Of a stretch of 64,000 bases of DNA, positions 37,956 through 47,062 are shown one piece after another. Location of the stretch: assembly GCA_964631415.1 (NCBI GenBank), contig CAZVZC010000001.1, positions 4,638 through 68,637 on the forward strand, given 5' to 3'. The position numbers and the translations under genes are program-made. Position 1 is the stretch's first letter, and the number at the start of each line of letters is the position of its first letter. The notes under the pieces were generated by a model. It was not told the origin of the DNA. It saw nothing but the letters and a program-made list of their open reading frames with translations, and did no database searches. The stretch is from an uncultured archaeon. Its GTDB lineage: Archaea > Asgardarchaeota > Thorarchaeia > Thorarchaeales > Thorarchaeaceae.

Positions 37956-38669
37956 TCATCTGAGCTGGGCATAGGGTACATCAGTTGCTGCAAGCAGAGC
38001 CGAAACGAGTTCTCTGGCTATCTCAAGTTTGATTCTCTTTCTTTCGTCAGCCTGATAATGAAACGCCTTGTCTGGTTTTGACCAGCGTCCAACCATGGTT
38101 CCGAAGTCCATTCCGGCCAGGACAATGCGTCTTGGCACGTAGTGCAATGCGATGTGGCATGCCCTATCTCCGTCAGTGAACCCACCCCATAGAAACGCTC
38201 TGTCAGTAGGCTCTACTTGAGTGCTCCCGAGTGCTTCCCTCAGCGTGGGAACGAACTGCTTGACTCTGTCCATGTTGTCGCCGTGGGCGTGTACTATTGG
38301 CAATGCTCCGTTCTCCACGATACGTTTCAGATCCCCACTGTTTCCGTCGAGGTCTGTCACAAGCACATCACAGTTCTGGTCCTGTTCCAAGAATGCAGTG
38401 GCTGCACCATCAGCAGCGACATAGACGGCATCCTGGAGCTCTGGCATCCGCATGGTTTCTCTAAGATGTCGTTCGAGAGAGGGCCCCGCCCCACACACAA
38501 CAACTGCGTGGTCATGGATTCGGCTTCTGAGCCGTGATAGAATCGGAGCGGGGTCTATGTTTCTGAGTAATGACGTGAGCAGGGCAGTTGCATTTCTGTC
38601 AGCTTCAACATTCAGCGCCAGCCTTCTGACTATGTCAAGATAGACTGGCTGCCAAACATGCCACTCCAT
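37956..38669 (-). CDS. mptE: 6-hydroxymethyl-7,8-dihydropterin diphosphokinase (MptE, DUF115)
   Basis: GAGPSL, AADGA, VTDLDG, HAHGDN, GGFTDGDRA, GMDF. Confidence 0.9.
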   Translation of the reverse strand: MEWHVWQPVYLDIVRRLALNVEADRNATALLTSLLRNIDPAPILSRLRSRIHDHAVVVCGAGPSLERHLRETMRMPELQDAVYVAADGAATAFLEQDQNCDVLVTDLDGNSGDLKRIVENGALPIVHAHGDNMDRVKQFVPTLREALGSTQVEPTDRAFLWGGFTDGDRACHIALHYVPRRIVLAGMDFGTMVGRWSKPDKAFHYQADERKRIKLEIARELVSALLAATDVPYAQLR

Positions 38670-38675
38670 GACGAA

Positions 38676-39890
38676 TCACCCGACTTGGAGATTGCGGTCG
38701 GCCATTAGCGACTGTATTGCATTGCCGATGTCTATGAGCCCGAAGTACTGCATCGTAGAGAGCCTCTTTGTCATTCTTCCAAGCTGAAGAGGTGTCCCCA
38801 TTATTAGGACGTCTGTGCTATCAATGCGATGATCTATAACATCGTGATGATAGGCCGCATCTCCTCCGACTGCAAGCATCTCCTGCTTGATTATGAGTGC
38901 TGCAGGGGTCGAAACTTCTCTGATTCGGAAGTTGAGCATCACTGCTTTCCCGGCCAACGGTTGGATGATCTCAGCACCTGCACCCAATTGCTCGATCACG
39001 AGTGCGGCCTCTCTCTCGTTGGACAGACTCACCAGCTCAACATTGTCCTTTGTCACCACAGGGGGGTGTTTCAGGGCCTGTCCAACTATCGCTGCCATAC
39101 GAGCCTCCTGCACATCGTGTGCACGGATTATGTCTGCACCGTTTACGACTGCCACCGATGTGGCAGCAATCGTGCCAGTGATACGCATGGACGGATCGGG
39201 CTGGTCAAGCAGCTGACCTATGAACGCCTTTCTCGATATTCCCACAAGGAGTGGACGTCCCAACAATGTGAATCGTCTGAGGTTTCTGACAATCGACAGG
39301 TCCACAGCAGCAGGCTTTCCGAAGCCAATACCTGGGTCTACGACAATCTGCTCTTGCCCAACACCCACATCGATTGCAGTCTTCATGCTCGTTCTGAGCG
39401 CATCCATTGTCGCATTCAGATCTGAGCACGGTTGTCCACAGTCCGCCATCAATATGATTGGCACATCTGCGTCTGCAATCAGCTTTCCCATTTTGCTGTC
39501 CATACGAAGTCCCGAAACATCATTGACGAGGGAAGCGCCAAGATTCAGTGCCGTACGTGCAACAGCAGCAGATGTGGTATCGATGGATACCGGAAGATGT
39601 GTGTTTTCGACGACAGTTGCGAATGCTTCCGAAACTCTTGTCAGCTCCTGATTTGCATCGACCTTGGTCGTACCATAGATGCTCTTTGGCGCCGTGGAAG
39701 CGCCACCCACGTCGATGATGTCTGCGCCTTCTCGTTCCATCTTTTGGACTAACTTTATCACATCATCCCTTGTGGTCGCCACGGATCCGCCATAGAACGA
39801 CTCAGGAGAGAGATTAATCACACCCATGACTCTGGTTGGATTGTCGCGTCCGACCCTGAGTCCACGGATGTCGGTTTCGTAAAGGCCCAT
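38676..39890 (-). CDS. folP: Dihydropteroate synthase with extra C-terminal domain
   Basis: MGVINLSPESF, DVGG, SIDT, NDVSG, DPGIGFGK, SRK, RAHDV. Confidence 0.92.
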   Translation of the reverse strand: MGLYETDIRGLRVGRDNPTRVMGVINLSPESFYGGSVATTRDDVIKLVQKMEREGADIIDVGGASTAPKSIYGTTKVDANQELTRVSEAFATVVENTHLPVSIDTTSAAVARTALNLGASLVNDVSGLRMDSKMGKLIADADVPIILMADCGQPCSDLNATMDALRTSMKTAIDVGVGQEQIVVDPGIGFGKPAAVDLSIVRNLRRFTLLGRPLLVGISRKAFIGQLLDQPDPSMRITGTIAATSVAVVNGADIIRAHDVQEARMAAIVGQALKHPPVVTKDNVELVSLSNEREAALVIEQLGAGAEIIQPLAGKAVMLNFRIREVSTPAALIIKQEMLAVGGDAAYHHDVIDHRIDSTDVLIMGTPLQLGRMTKRLSTMQYFGLIDIGNAIQSLMADRNLQVG

Positions 39891-39978
39891 GACTGGCTTT
39901 CCTCGGCTAGCCGATAGTATGGAAGAAGATAAAACCTAGAGGATGCGACAACCCGAACACCTGACGCGGTGAACGGTG

Positions 39979-41124
39979 ATGAGCGAAAGTCTAGGTAGAA
40001 CACACCTCTACGAATGGCACAAGTTGCACGGTGATGTTATCCCCTTCGCAGGTTGGGAGATGCCCGTTCGATACACGGACATCCGTGAGGAGCATATGGC
40101 TGTGAGAAGGGCGGTTGGGATATTCGATACTACACACATGTTTCGCTTTCTCATAAGCGGTCCTCAAGCAGCTGAATTCCTGCAGACACTCACTACAAAC
40201 AGCGTTTCCAAACTGGAAATCAATGAAGGGCATTACTCAACGTGTCTCAATGATAAGGCCGGGATTCATGACGATCTCATGATTTACAGAATTGGTGAGC
40301 AGAAGTACATCTGGATAACTAATGCCTCCAATGGTCCCAAAATCAAGGCTCACCTTACAACACATGCTAAGCGGTTCAAGGTTAGCGTTGAGGATAAGTC
40401 AAAGGACATTGTCATGATAGCAGTACAGGGACCAAAGGCCTTGGCTTTGCTGTCAAAGATGGCTGGCGAAGGCCTCAGGAAGTTCGCCCGGTTCAGCTGC
40501 AATCCTGTGAAGTTTGCAGGGCGCGACTGCTACCTATGTCGTACGGGTTACACCGGAGAAGAAGGCGGAGAAATCCTACTACTAGATACGCCGTTCAACG
40601 AGGCTGGAAAGAAGAAGGCCATCTCCTTCTGGGACGAGATACTCAAACAGGGGAAGGACCTAGATGTAAAGCCTTGTGGGCTCGGTGCTAGAGACTCGAC
40701 AAGACTTGAGGCTGGATTCGTACTATACGGGCACGAGCTAAATGAGGAAACTACTCCACTTGAGGCTCGGATTTCGTATGCAGTCAAGTTCAAGGTCGAA
40801 CCGCATTACATAGGCTATGATGCACTGCTGAAACAGAAGCAGGAAGGTGTCACTAGGGCACGCATTGGACTGTTGATGATAGACAAAGGTGTCCCCCGCG
40901 AGCAATACCCCGTCATGCTTGGCAACCGGCAGATAGGGGCCGTGACAAGTGGCGGTATGTCGCCCGTGCTCGACTGTGGCATCGCATTGGCCTACGTCAA
41001 ACCCGATGCCGTGAAGGAAGGTGACACCGTTGAAGTGGACATAAAGGGACGACTACGAAAGGCCCGAGTGACTGGCTGGCCGTTCTACAATCCTGACGAG
41101 TACGGCGAGAACAGGACCCGTTGA
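39979..41124 (+). CDS. gcvT: Glycine cleavage system T protein
   Basis: FAGWEMPVRY, FDTTHM, RTGYTGE, GLGARDSTRLEAG. Confidence 0.95.
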   Translation: MSESLGRTHLYEWHKLHGDVIPFAGWEMPVRYTDIREEHMAVRRAVGIFDTTHMFRFLISGPQAAEFLQTLTTNSVSKLEINEGHYSTCLNDKAGIHDDLMIYRIGEQKYIWITNASNGPKIKAHLTTHAKRFKVSVEDKSKDIVMIAVQGPKALALLSKMAGEGLRKFARFSCNPVKFAGRDCYLCRTGYTGEEGGEILLLDTPFNEAGKKKAISFWDEILKQGKDLDVKPCGLGARDSTRLEAGFVLYGHELNEETTPLEARISYAVKFKVEPHYIGYDALLKQKQEGVTRARIGLLMIDKGVPREQYPVMLGNRQIGAVTSGGMSPVLDCGIALAYVKPDAVKEGDTVEVDIKGRLRKARVTGWPFYNPDEYGENRTR

Positions 41125-41182
41125 TACACAAATTGATTTAAAGGGGCCTCGTTCCCACAGCAGAAACAGAAGGTGTGCGTAG

Positions 41183-41593
41183 ATGTCGAAAGGCACTTCC
41201 AAGGGTACCAAAGTTGTCGATGGTCTATACTACACGAAGGAACACGAATGGGCTAAGGTTGAGGGCGACCTAGTAGTCGTTGGAATCACCGACTATGCTC
41301 AGCACGCTCTTCACGAGATCACCTTTGTTGAGATCATGCAGTCCGGCACGACTCTGAAGGCCGGTGAGGAATGTGGTCTCGTCGAGTCGATGAAGGCTTC
41401 ATCCGATGTCTTCTCGCCAGTTTCTGGTCAGATAGTTGAGGTCAACACATCGCTAGAAGATGCCCCCGAAACTGTGAACGAGGACCCGTACGGAAAGGGT
41501 TGGATGTACAAAATACGCCCCTCGAATCTCAAGGTGGATTTGAAGAAGCTCATGGACAGCAAGACCTATGCCTCCTTTGCCGCCTCCAAGTGA
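41183..41593 (+). CDS. gcvH: Glycine cleavage system H protein
   Basis: YTKEHEW, GITDYAQ, lipoyl-Lys ESMKA, NEDPYGKGW. Confidence 0.95.
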   Translation: MSKGTSKGTKVVDGLYYTKEHEWAKVEGDLVVVGITDYAQHALHEITFVEIMQSGTTLKAGEECGLVESMKASSDVFSPVSGQIVEVNTSLEDAPETVNEDPYGKGWMYKIRPSNLKVDLKKLMDSKTYASFAASK

Positions 41594-41819
41594 AACCTGA
41601 TGTGGAAGTTGGCGCGGCATCAGCGGAGAGAGTCTGCTTTCCGAGGTTCAAGACTCGGTGGCTCATTGGATTTTTGAGTGTTGAGTGAAGAGTCTTACAG
41701 TCGTTTCCAAGTTGTTGTGCACGTGACCAAGACGGTACAATCGATTTACGAACAGCAACCTTTTTAGCGCATCCAAGAATCGCTCGGCCGGATGCGACCT
41801 TAATCGGAGACATCACTCT

Positions 41820-44612
41820 ATGCCGAGCCTGAGTCACTTCAAGAGATCCGCTAGCAGGTTTCTTCGTCAAGTCTTTCACAAACCAAAAGCAAAGATATCT
41901 CGAGGGTCGGTCCTTCTGGTCGTTGCTCTTTGTATCACAGTTATTGCTGCTATAGCGGTTCGTCTAGAGCCGCTGCTCGACTCACAACCGATTGTCCATG
42001 AGTTTGACTCGTGGTATCAGCTAAGAGTGACTCAGTATGTTGCTGCAAATGGTTATGCTGCATTCTTCAGCTGGTATGACCACATGAGTTGGGTGCCCTT
42101 CGGTCGTGACATAGCACTCTCAACCTACATTGGTGTGCCGTTCACAGCCGCCACATTCTACTTCCTTCTTAATGGAATAGGTATCAGTGTAGATTTGCTT
42201 GTTGTCTGCATCATGATGGCTGGGTTCATGGGCGGCTTCGCGACACTGGCCACATTCTTCTTGGGCAAGGAGTTGTCGAACAAGACAGTTGGACTCCTGA
42301 GTGCTCTCTTCGTGGCATTCATGCCTGCATATATCCAGAGGACAACAGCCGGCTTTTTTGACAACGAGTCTGTAGGTGTCTTTGCCATTGTGCTTGCTCT
42401 CTTGTTTTTCATGCGTTCTCTAAAGACCGGTTCTCTGCCTTCTGCAGTCGCTGCAGGCTTATCCTTGGGCTATTTACAACTGTCTTGGGGAGCAGCAGAC
42501 TTTCTTACGGACCTGCTTGCTCTCTATGCGCTCTTCATGTTAGTCGCAGGTCGTTATAGCCGTCGTCTTCTTTCAAGCTACCTGATCACAGTGAGTCTCG
42601 GCTTCTTCATTGCTAATCTGCTTCCTCGTAACAGTCTCCTAAGCTCAGGAGCGCTCACTTCTCTCACATTCCTTGCTCCGGTAGGGATGGGTGTCTTGCT
42701 TGCAGCTTATGAGGTCTGGCTGCGAGTTTCAAAGTATCGCGAGGCGACAGCAGGTGCACTGGCTCCTCACATGAAGCCAATCTTGCTTGGGATGATTGCT
42801 CCAGTCGTTGGCGTGACTGCCTACTTCGTGTATGCAGCCAGTCAAGGCCTGCAAATCATAACAACGAGTTCTAACCCCATAACTTTCGTTGGCGGCAAAT
42901 TCCTTGCTGTCATCAATCCCTTCTACCGACTTGACCAGCGTATCTTTGCATCCGTTGCTGAACATCTCCCTGCTCCTTGGGCGAGTTTCTATCAGACACT
43001 GATTGTGCTGATATTCTTCTTCCCGGTAGGTATGTACTTCCTGTTCAAGAGGGGTCGCGATGAAGACTGGTTGGTCGTCCTGTTCGGAGCCACTGCTGTA
43101 TACTTCACGGGCAGCATGATTCGACTGGGTCTGATTCTGGCACCAGCAGTTGCACTGCTTGCTGCTGTCGCCGTGAATGGTGTCCTGACACCATTCGCAA
43201 AGGTTGTTTCTCAGAAGTCGGTCTTCGAACGTCGCAGGTTTCGAATCAGCTCGTCCCTTACTTCAGAACACACAATTGCTGTGTTCGCATTCATAGGACT
43301 GCTGCTCTCGGTCAATGTCTATCTGGGTGTCCAGTACGCCGTCAGCGTAGGTGCTCCCGAGTTCGCGCCCTCAAAGCTCACCGACACGACGCAGTTCCTT
43401 GACTGGCAGACCGCAATGACATACGTCCGCAATGTTGTTCCTAAGTCGGCAACAATAGCCAGCTGGTGGGACTATGGATACTGGATAACGTGTGCCGGAG
43501 GGGGACGGTCGGTTGTGGACAATGCTACCTTCAATGCCACACAAATAGCTCTTGTGGGCTATGCCCTGATGGCTCTCAATCTCACTGAGTCGCTCAGAAC
43601 CTTCAGGCTGTGGAATGCAACACATGTGCTGGTCTACTGGGGGCACGAGATTTCGTCATTTGGCGGGGACGAGGGGAAGTGGCCTTGGATGGTCCGCATA
43701 GCTGAAGACTATCTCGGATCGTCAGTCATAGACGACGCCACATATCTGGGGGACAATCCCACGACCACGACAACAATCGAAACCGATTACACCCTGGCTG
43801 GTTTCTATTCCTCGACCCTGTACAAACTGTTATCATATGGTGAGCCACTGACCGAAACCGAAGCTGACGAGTTGGGTCTACCTAGTTTAAGGAAAGGGAT
43901 TGACTTCTACACGCCTTCAGGATACTCTTATCCAATCAGTTATGCGGGTGACACGGCATGGACTTCTCATATGCCCACCGACCTACATGGGGCATTCAAG
44001 GGTCCCTACTACAGCTCAGATTATGGTTTGGTCAAGATCTACGAAATTGACTACACCATGTATGAGCAGTACCTCAATAGGACCGCATCTCAGTGGGCCC
44101 CCAAGGTGGGCTCCTTGACAGGTGTCAAAGCTAACGGCAATCTCTCTGCCAGTGAGAAGGCCTTCCAGAGCTTCGATGGTATTCTTGGAGGCGGCTATGA
44201 TGCCAAAGTCTATGTACAAGCCAACTCCACACACATGTACTTTGGTCTTGAGATGGACGATTACCAAGTCGGCAGTGACGCCTTTGGCATACAGATTGCG
44301 CCACTCGGCCCGGTCACGACATCAGACCTCCGCATAGTGAACTACGCAGGCCATCAGTTCTATGACGGTCACATTGACTACAACGGTGATTGGACCTTCG
44401 ACTCAAGCGGAGCTAATGCAACGTTGTTTGGAACAGCGGAGAATGTCACAGAGCTGATATTTCCGCTCAACTCTCTCGATTCTCAGGATTTGGACCTGAA
44501 ACCGGGAATGAACTATCAGATACGATTGCTGTTCTGGGACAACGTTGATTCAGGGGAACCAACACTTGTGACCGAGTGGCAGACCATCTGGGTACCGGTG
44601 AGCTTGTACTGA
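41820..44612 (+). CDS. aglB: Oligosaccharyltransferase catalytic subunit AglB/STT3 with extra C-terminal beta-sandwich
   Basis: HEFD, DNE, SVAEH, WWDYG, GDEGKWPWMVRI; multiple TMs. Confidence 0.94.
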   Translation: MPSLSHFKRSASRFLRQVFHKPKAKISRGSVLLVVALCITVIAAIAVRLEPLLDSQPIVHEFDSWYQLRVTQYVAANGYAAFFSWYDHMSWVPFGRDIALSTYIGVPFTAATFYFLLNGIGISVDLLVVCIMMAGFMGGFATLATFFLGKELSNKTVGLLSALFVAFMPAYIQRTTAGFFDNESVGVFAIVLALLFFMRSLKTGSLPSAVAAGLSLGYLQLSWGAADFLTDLLALYALFMLVAGRYSRRLLSSYLITVSLGFFIANLLPRNSLLSSGALTSLTFLAPVGMGVLLAAYEVWLRVSKYREATAGALAPHMKPILLGMIAPVVGVTAYFVYAASQGLQIITTSSNPITFVGGKFLAVINPFYRLDQRIFASVAEHLPAPWASFYQTLIVLIFFFPVGMYFLFKRGRDEDWLVVLFGATAVYFTGSMIRLGLILAPAVALLAAVAVNGVLTPFAKVVSQKSVFERRRFRISSSLTSEHTIAVFAFIGLLLSVNVYLGVQYAVSVGAPEFAPSKLTDTTQFLDWQTAMTYVRNVVPKSATIASWWDYGYWITCAGGGRSVVDNATFNATQIALVGYALMALNLTESLRTFRLWNATHVLVYWGHEISSFGGDEGKWPWMVRIAEDYLGSSVIDDATYLGDNPTTTTTIETDYTLAGFYSSTLYKLLSYGEPLTETEADELGLPSLRKGIDFYTPSGYSYPISYAGDTAWTSHMPTDLHGAFKGPYYSSDYGLVKIYEIDYTMYEQYLNRTASQWAPKVGSLTGVKANGNLSASEKAFQSFDGILGGGYDAKVYVQANSTHMYFGLEMDDYQVGSDAFGIQIAPLGPVTTSDLRIVNYAGHQFYDGHIDYNGDWTFDSSGANATLFGTAENVTELIFPLNSLDSQDLDLKPGMNYQIRLLFWDNVDSGEPTLVTEWQTIWVPVSLY

Positions 44613-44656
44613 AAGGCATGCATGCGGTAGTCGGTCGAACAATCAGTCGTCCACGT

Positions 44657-44857
44657 TCAGGACTCTCTGGTTTCTATACCTGCCTCAGTTGTCACTCTAC
44701 GCGAGCTTCTCTTCGCTCTTCGACGATAGTCCCCATATTTGTCTTCGATAGAGAACCTCGCAGGCTGAGGGTCCTTGACTCGTCCTCCGCAGCTCGGACA
44801 GGTTTTGTCATGAAGAGTGTATCTGCCGCACACAATACACTTGAAGAGATGGGTCAT
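44657..44857 (-). CDS. nop10: H/ACA RNP protein Nop10
   Basis: CIVCGRYTL...CPSCG...PARFSIEDKYGDYRR. Confidence 0.93.
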   Translation of the reverse strand: MTHLFKCIVCGRYTLHDKTCPSCGGRVKDPQPARFSIEDKYGDYRRRAKRSSRRVTTEAGIETRES

Positions 44858-44870
44858 GTCGGAAGAGCTC

Positions 44871-45665
44871 CTACTTCCGGCTGAGGCTCACCGATCCCCC
44901 GTTGTTCTCGACGCTCTTCTTGACGACATTCATGATGTTCTGAAGCAGATCTTCTGCATCCTTGTATGTCGGGCCAACGATATGGAGTTTGTAGCGAGGG
45001 GCGCCCAAGGCATAGATCTCAACTGAGAGTCTCTTGTCGTCCTTTCCCTGTTCAAGCGCATCCGACAGAGCTTTCCTTATCACTTCTATTCCTGCTGGCC
45101 CGGGCACAACAACAGACAACTCGCCGTCTATGTCTACTGAAGGTATCTCGATGCGCACCTTTGCCAGGTCCGCTATCTGTTTCTTCAGCTTCTTGTCGGC
45201 CGTCACTTCTTCCAAGGCTTCCGCGCCGCCCTCTGCCGCGCGTTCAAGTCCTTTGTAGATCTCTCCGTATGTGTCCTCAAGAGGCCATCCCAGCTGCTCA
45301 TAGATCTGGTCAAGTGTCATCCCGTTCTCGTTGGCCACGCTCTCGAGGAGTTTCTCAGCTTTCTGGGCACGTTTCCATTCGTTGTTCTTTGCTCTCTTTG
45401 CCTCTGCAGACACTCTTCTGAGAGAGCAGTCGATGTGTTTCTTCTGTGTGTCTACCTGAAGCACCTTTACGACAGTCCTCATGTTCTCATGTATGTGGTT
45501 TCGAATGTTTCGCACCCACGTGCTGCTGATCTCAGAGATATGGATGAAACCCTCCTTGTCACCATACTCTGGCAGTGTCACATAGGCCCCATAAGATGCC
45601 ACCTTTGTGGCAACAGCCACTGCGTAGTCATCAGGCTGCGGCCACTCAGCACGCTTCTTGACCAT
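44871..45665 (-). CDS. eif2a: Translation initiation factor aIF2 alpha
   Basis: S1 domain GFIHISEISSTWVRNI, IDCSLRRV, GAPRY. Confidence 0.95.
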   Translation of the reverse strand: MVKKRAEWPQPDDYAVAVATKVASYGAYVTLPEYGDKEGFIHISEISSTWVRNIRNHIHENMRTVVKVLQVDTQKKHIDCSLRRVSAEAKRAKNNEWKRAQKAEKLLESVANENGMTLDQIYEQLGWPLEDTYGEIYKGLERAAEGGAEALEEVTADKKLKKQIADLAKVRIEIPSVDIDGELSVVVPGPAGIEVIRKALSDALEQGKDDKRLSVEIYALGAPRYKLHIVGPTYKDAEDLLQNIMNVVKKSVENNGGSVSLSRK

Positions 45666-45705
45666 GTATCACTGCCCTCCCAATCAAGTCATGACGTAAT
45701 GGCAT

Positions 45706-45906
45706 CTACTGAAGGGACTCGACTTCCCTAGCGTTAGTTTCAAGTCTGGCTTTTCCGCCGCTTGGCCTAGTCAAGACTTTTCCACACTTCAGGCACTTGA
45801 CTTCGGTCGTTGCATACGCGAAGATGATCTGCTCGTTCTCGCAGTCCAGACACTTCACTTTCAGGAACCGTGACTTGGGTTGCTGAACAATCTCTCGTCT
45901 GGCCAA
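45706..45906 (-). CDS. rps27e: 30S ribosomal protein eS27
   Basis: PKSRFLKVKCLDC...CLKC...PSGGKA; TTG start after GGTGA. Confidence 0.95.
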   Translation of the reverse strand: MARREIVQQPKSRFLKVKCLDCENEQIIFAYATTEVKCLKCGKVLTRPSGGKARLETNAREVESLQ

Positions 45907-46099
45907 TACTATCACCGCTGTAGTTCAAACATAATTGTCGCCGCAGTTGGGAAAACGATGCCCCACTTTGGGACTTGCTACGGCCGGGTCGAGCCATCAT
46001 TATAACTCTATCGACATAACGTCGAGCTTTGGCTTCAAGAGGACATGAGCGTCCGCCGAGCGGAGCGTACATCGCAATGAGATTTTGCTGTTGGCCGGG

Positions 46100-46381
46100 C
46101 TACGCACGAACAACCTCAAGTTTCTTCAGTCTCATTCCCTTGGTCATGAAGATGAATCCACAGACCTTGCACTTGTAATTGAGTGCAGTCTTCTTGGTTG
46201 TCTTGGCAAACTTGTGTTGGATTGGCTTTGGGAAAGAACCGTAGCCTTTCGTCTTTCTGTCCAGTCTTCGCTTGCCCTGCGCCCTCGAACGGTCCTGTCC
46301 TTTCTTGTAGGCAGATATGGTGTGTTCTGTGTACTTGTGGCATTTGGGACAGTATTTGTTCATCGACCCCTTGATGTTCAT
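46100..46381 (-). CDS. rpl44e: 50S ribosomal protein eL42 (L44e)
   Basis: YCPKCHKYTEH, GYG, AKTTKK, CKVCG. Confidence 0.95.
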   Translation of the reverse strand: MNIKGSMNKYCPKCHKYTEHTISAYKKGQDRSRAQGKRRLDRKTKGYGSFPKPIQHKFAKTTKKTALNYKCKVCGFIFMTKGMRLKKLEVVRA

Positions 46382-46470
46382 CTCAGAATCACCGGCGTTG
46401 GGCCGTCGGAAACGGCCATGAGTTGTTTATAACCATTGGGGCACGTCGCGCCCGGCTCTGAGCGGCGCGA

Positions 46471-46650
46471 CTACAGAATATGAGCTAAGATGGTAGCAAC
46501 CACAAGGATGGATGCGAATACGACGACGACAGTCGGGCCTATCTTCACACCTGGTGTTTCGTCTTCAAAGAACCTGATCAGCCCTGCACCACCAGAGGGC
46601 ATCGGTCCCTCGCCCTTCTTGCTCTTGCGCTTCTTGGCGGTCTTCGGCAT
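46471..46650 (-). CDS. secG: Preprotein translocase subunit Sec61beta
   Basis: MPKTAKKRKSKKGEGPMPSGGAGLIRFFEDETPGVKIGP then TM; 59 aa, absent from the ORF track. Confidence 0.92.
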   Translation of the reverse strand: MPKTAKKRKSKKGEGPMPSGGAGLIRFFEDETPGVKIGPTVVVVFASILVVATILAHIL

Positions 46651-46737
46651 CCTTTTGCCTCCTCGGTTGAGGGTCCAGCTGGTCCTGACCTTTTAATTCT
46701 TTTGACGCATCAAGGTAGAACGTGTGGGCCGGAGCCG

Positions 46738-47034
46738 CTACGGCTCTTGCGCACATTCACAAGGAGCCTTATGGCACCGAGAGCAGACGCCATTGTACTT
46801 CTTGCGTAGGGCAGTTGCGAGGTCGATATCAAGAAGATTGGCCAGTGAACACAGCCAAGCCAAGACGTCTGCCATCTCGTCAGAAATCTCGCTCCGATCT
46901 TTGTGTTTCAGAACCGCGTCACTGAGCTCGGCAAGTTCCTGCATTGCCCTCAACAGGGTTCTGTCGACTCCTCTCGCTTTATCCCTCTGGTAGTAGATAA
47001 GGCGCATTAGTTCTTGTGCTTCTCTAATCTCCAT
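46738..47034 (-). CDS. MazG-like nucleotide pyrophosphohydrolase
   Basis: QELAEL, DEMADVLAWL..LAN, KKY..CSRC..PCEC. Confidence 0.88.
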   Translation of the reverse strand: MEIREAQELMRLIYYQRDKARGVDRTLLRAMQELAELSDAVLKHKDRSEISDEMADVLAWLCSLANLLDIDLATALRKKYNGVCSRCHKAPCECAQEP

Positions 47035-47062
47035 CGAAATCCCACTCGGGAGTCAATGTGTG

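Noticed and set aside
46445-46471. GC-rich inverted repeat GTCGCGCC/GGCGCGAC after Sec61beta
   Set aside because: Single hairpin without a U-tract; function cannot be assigned
46490-46756. ORFs 46490..46696 (+) and 46565..46756 (-)
   Set aside because: Shadows of the real Sec61beta frame 46471..46650
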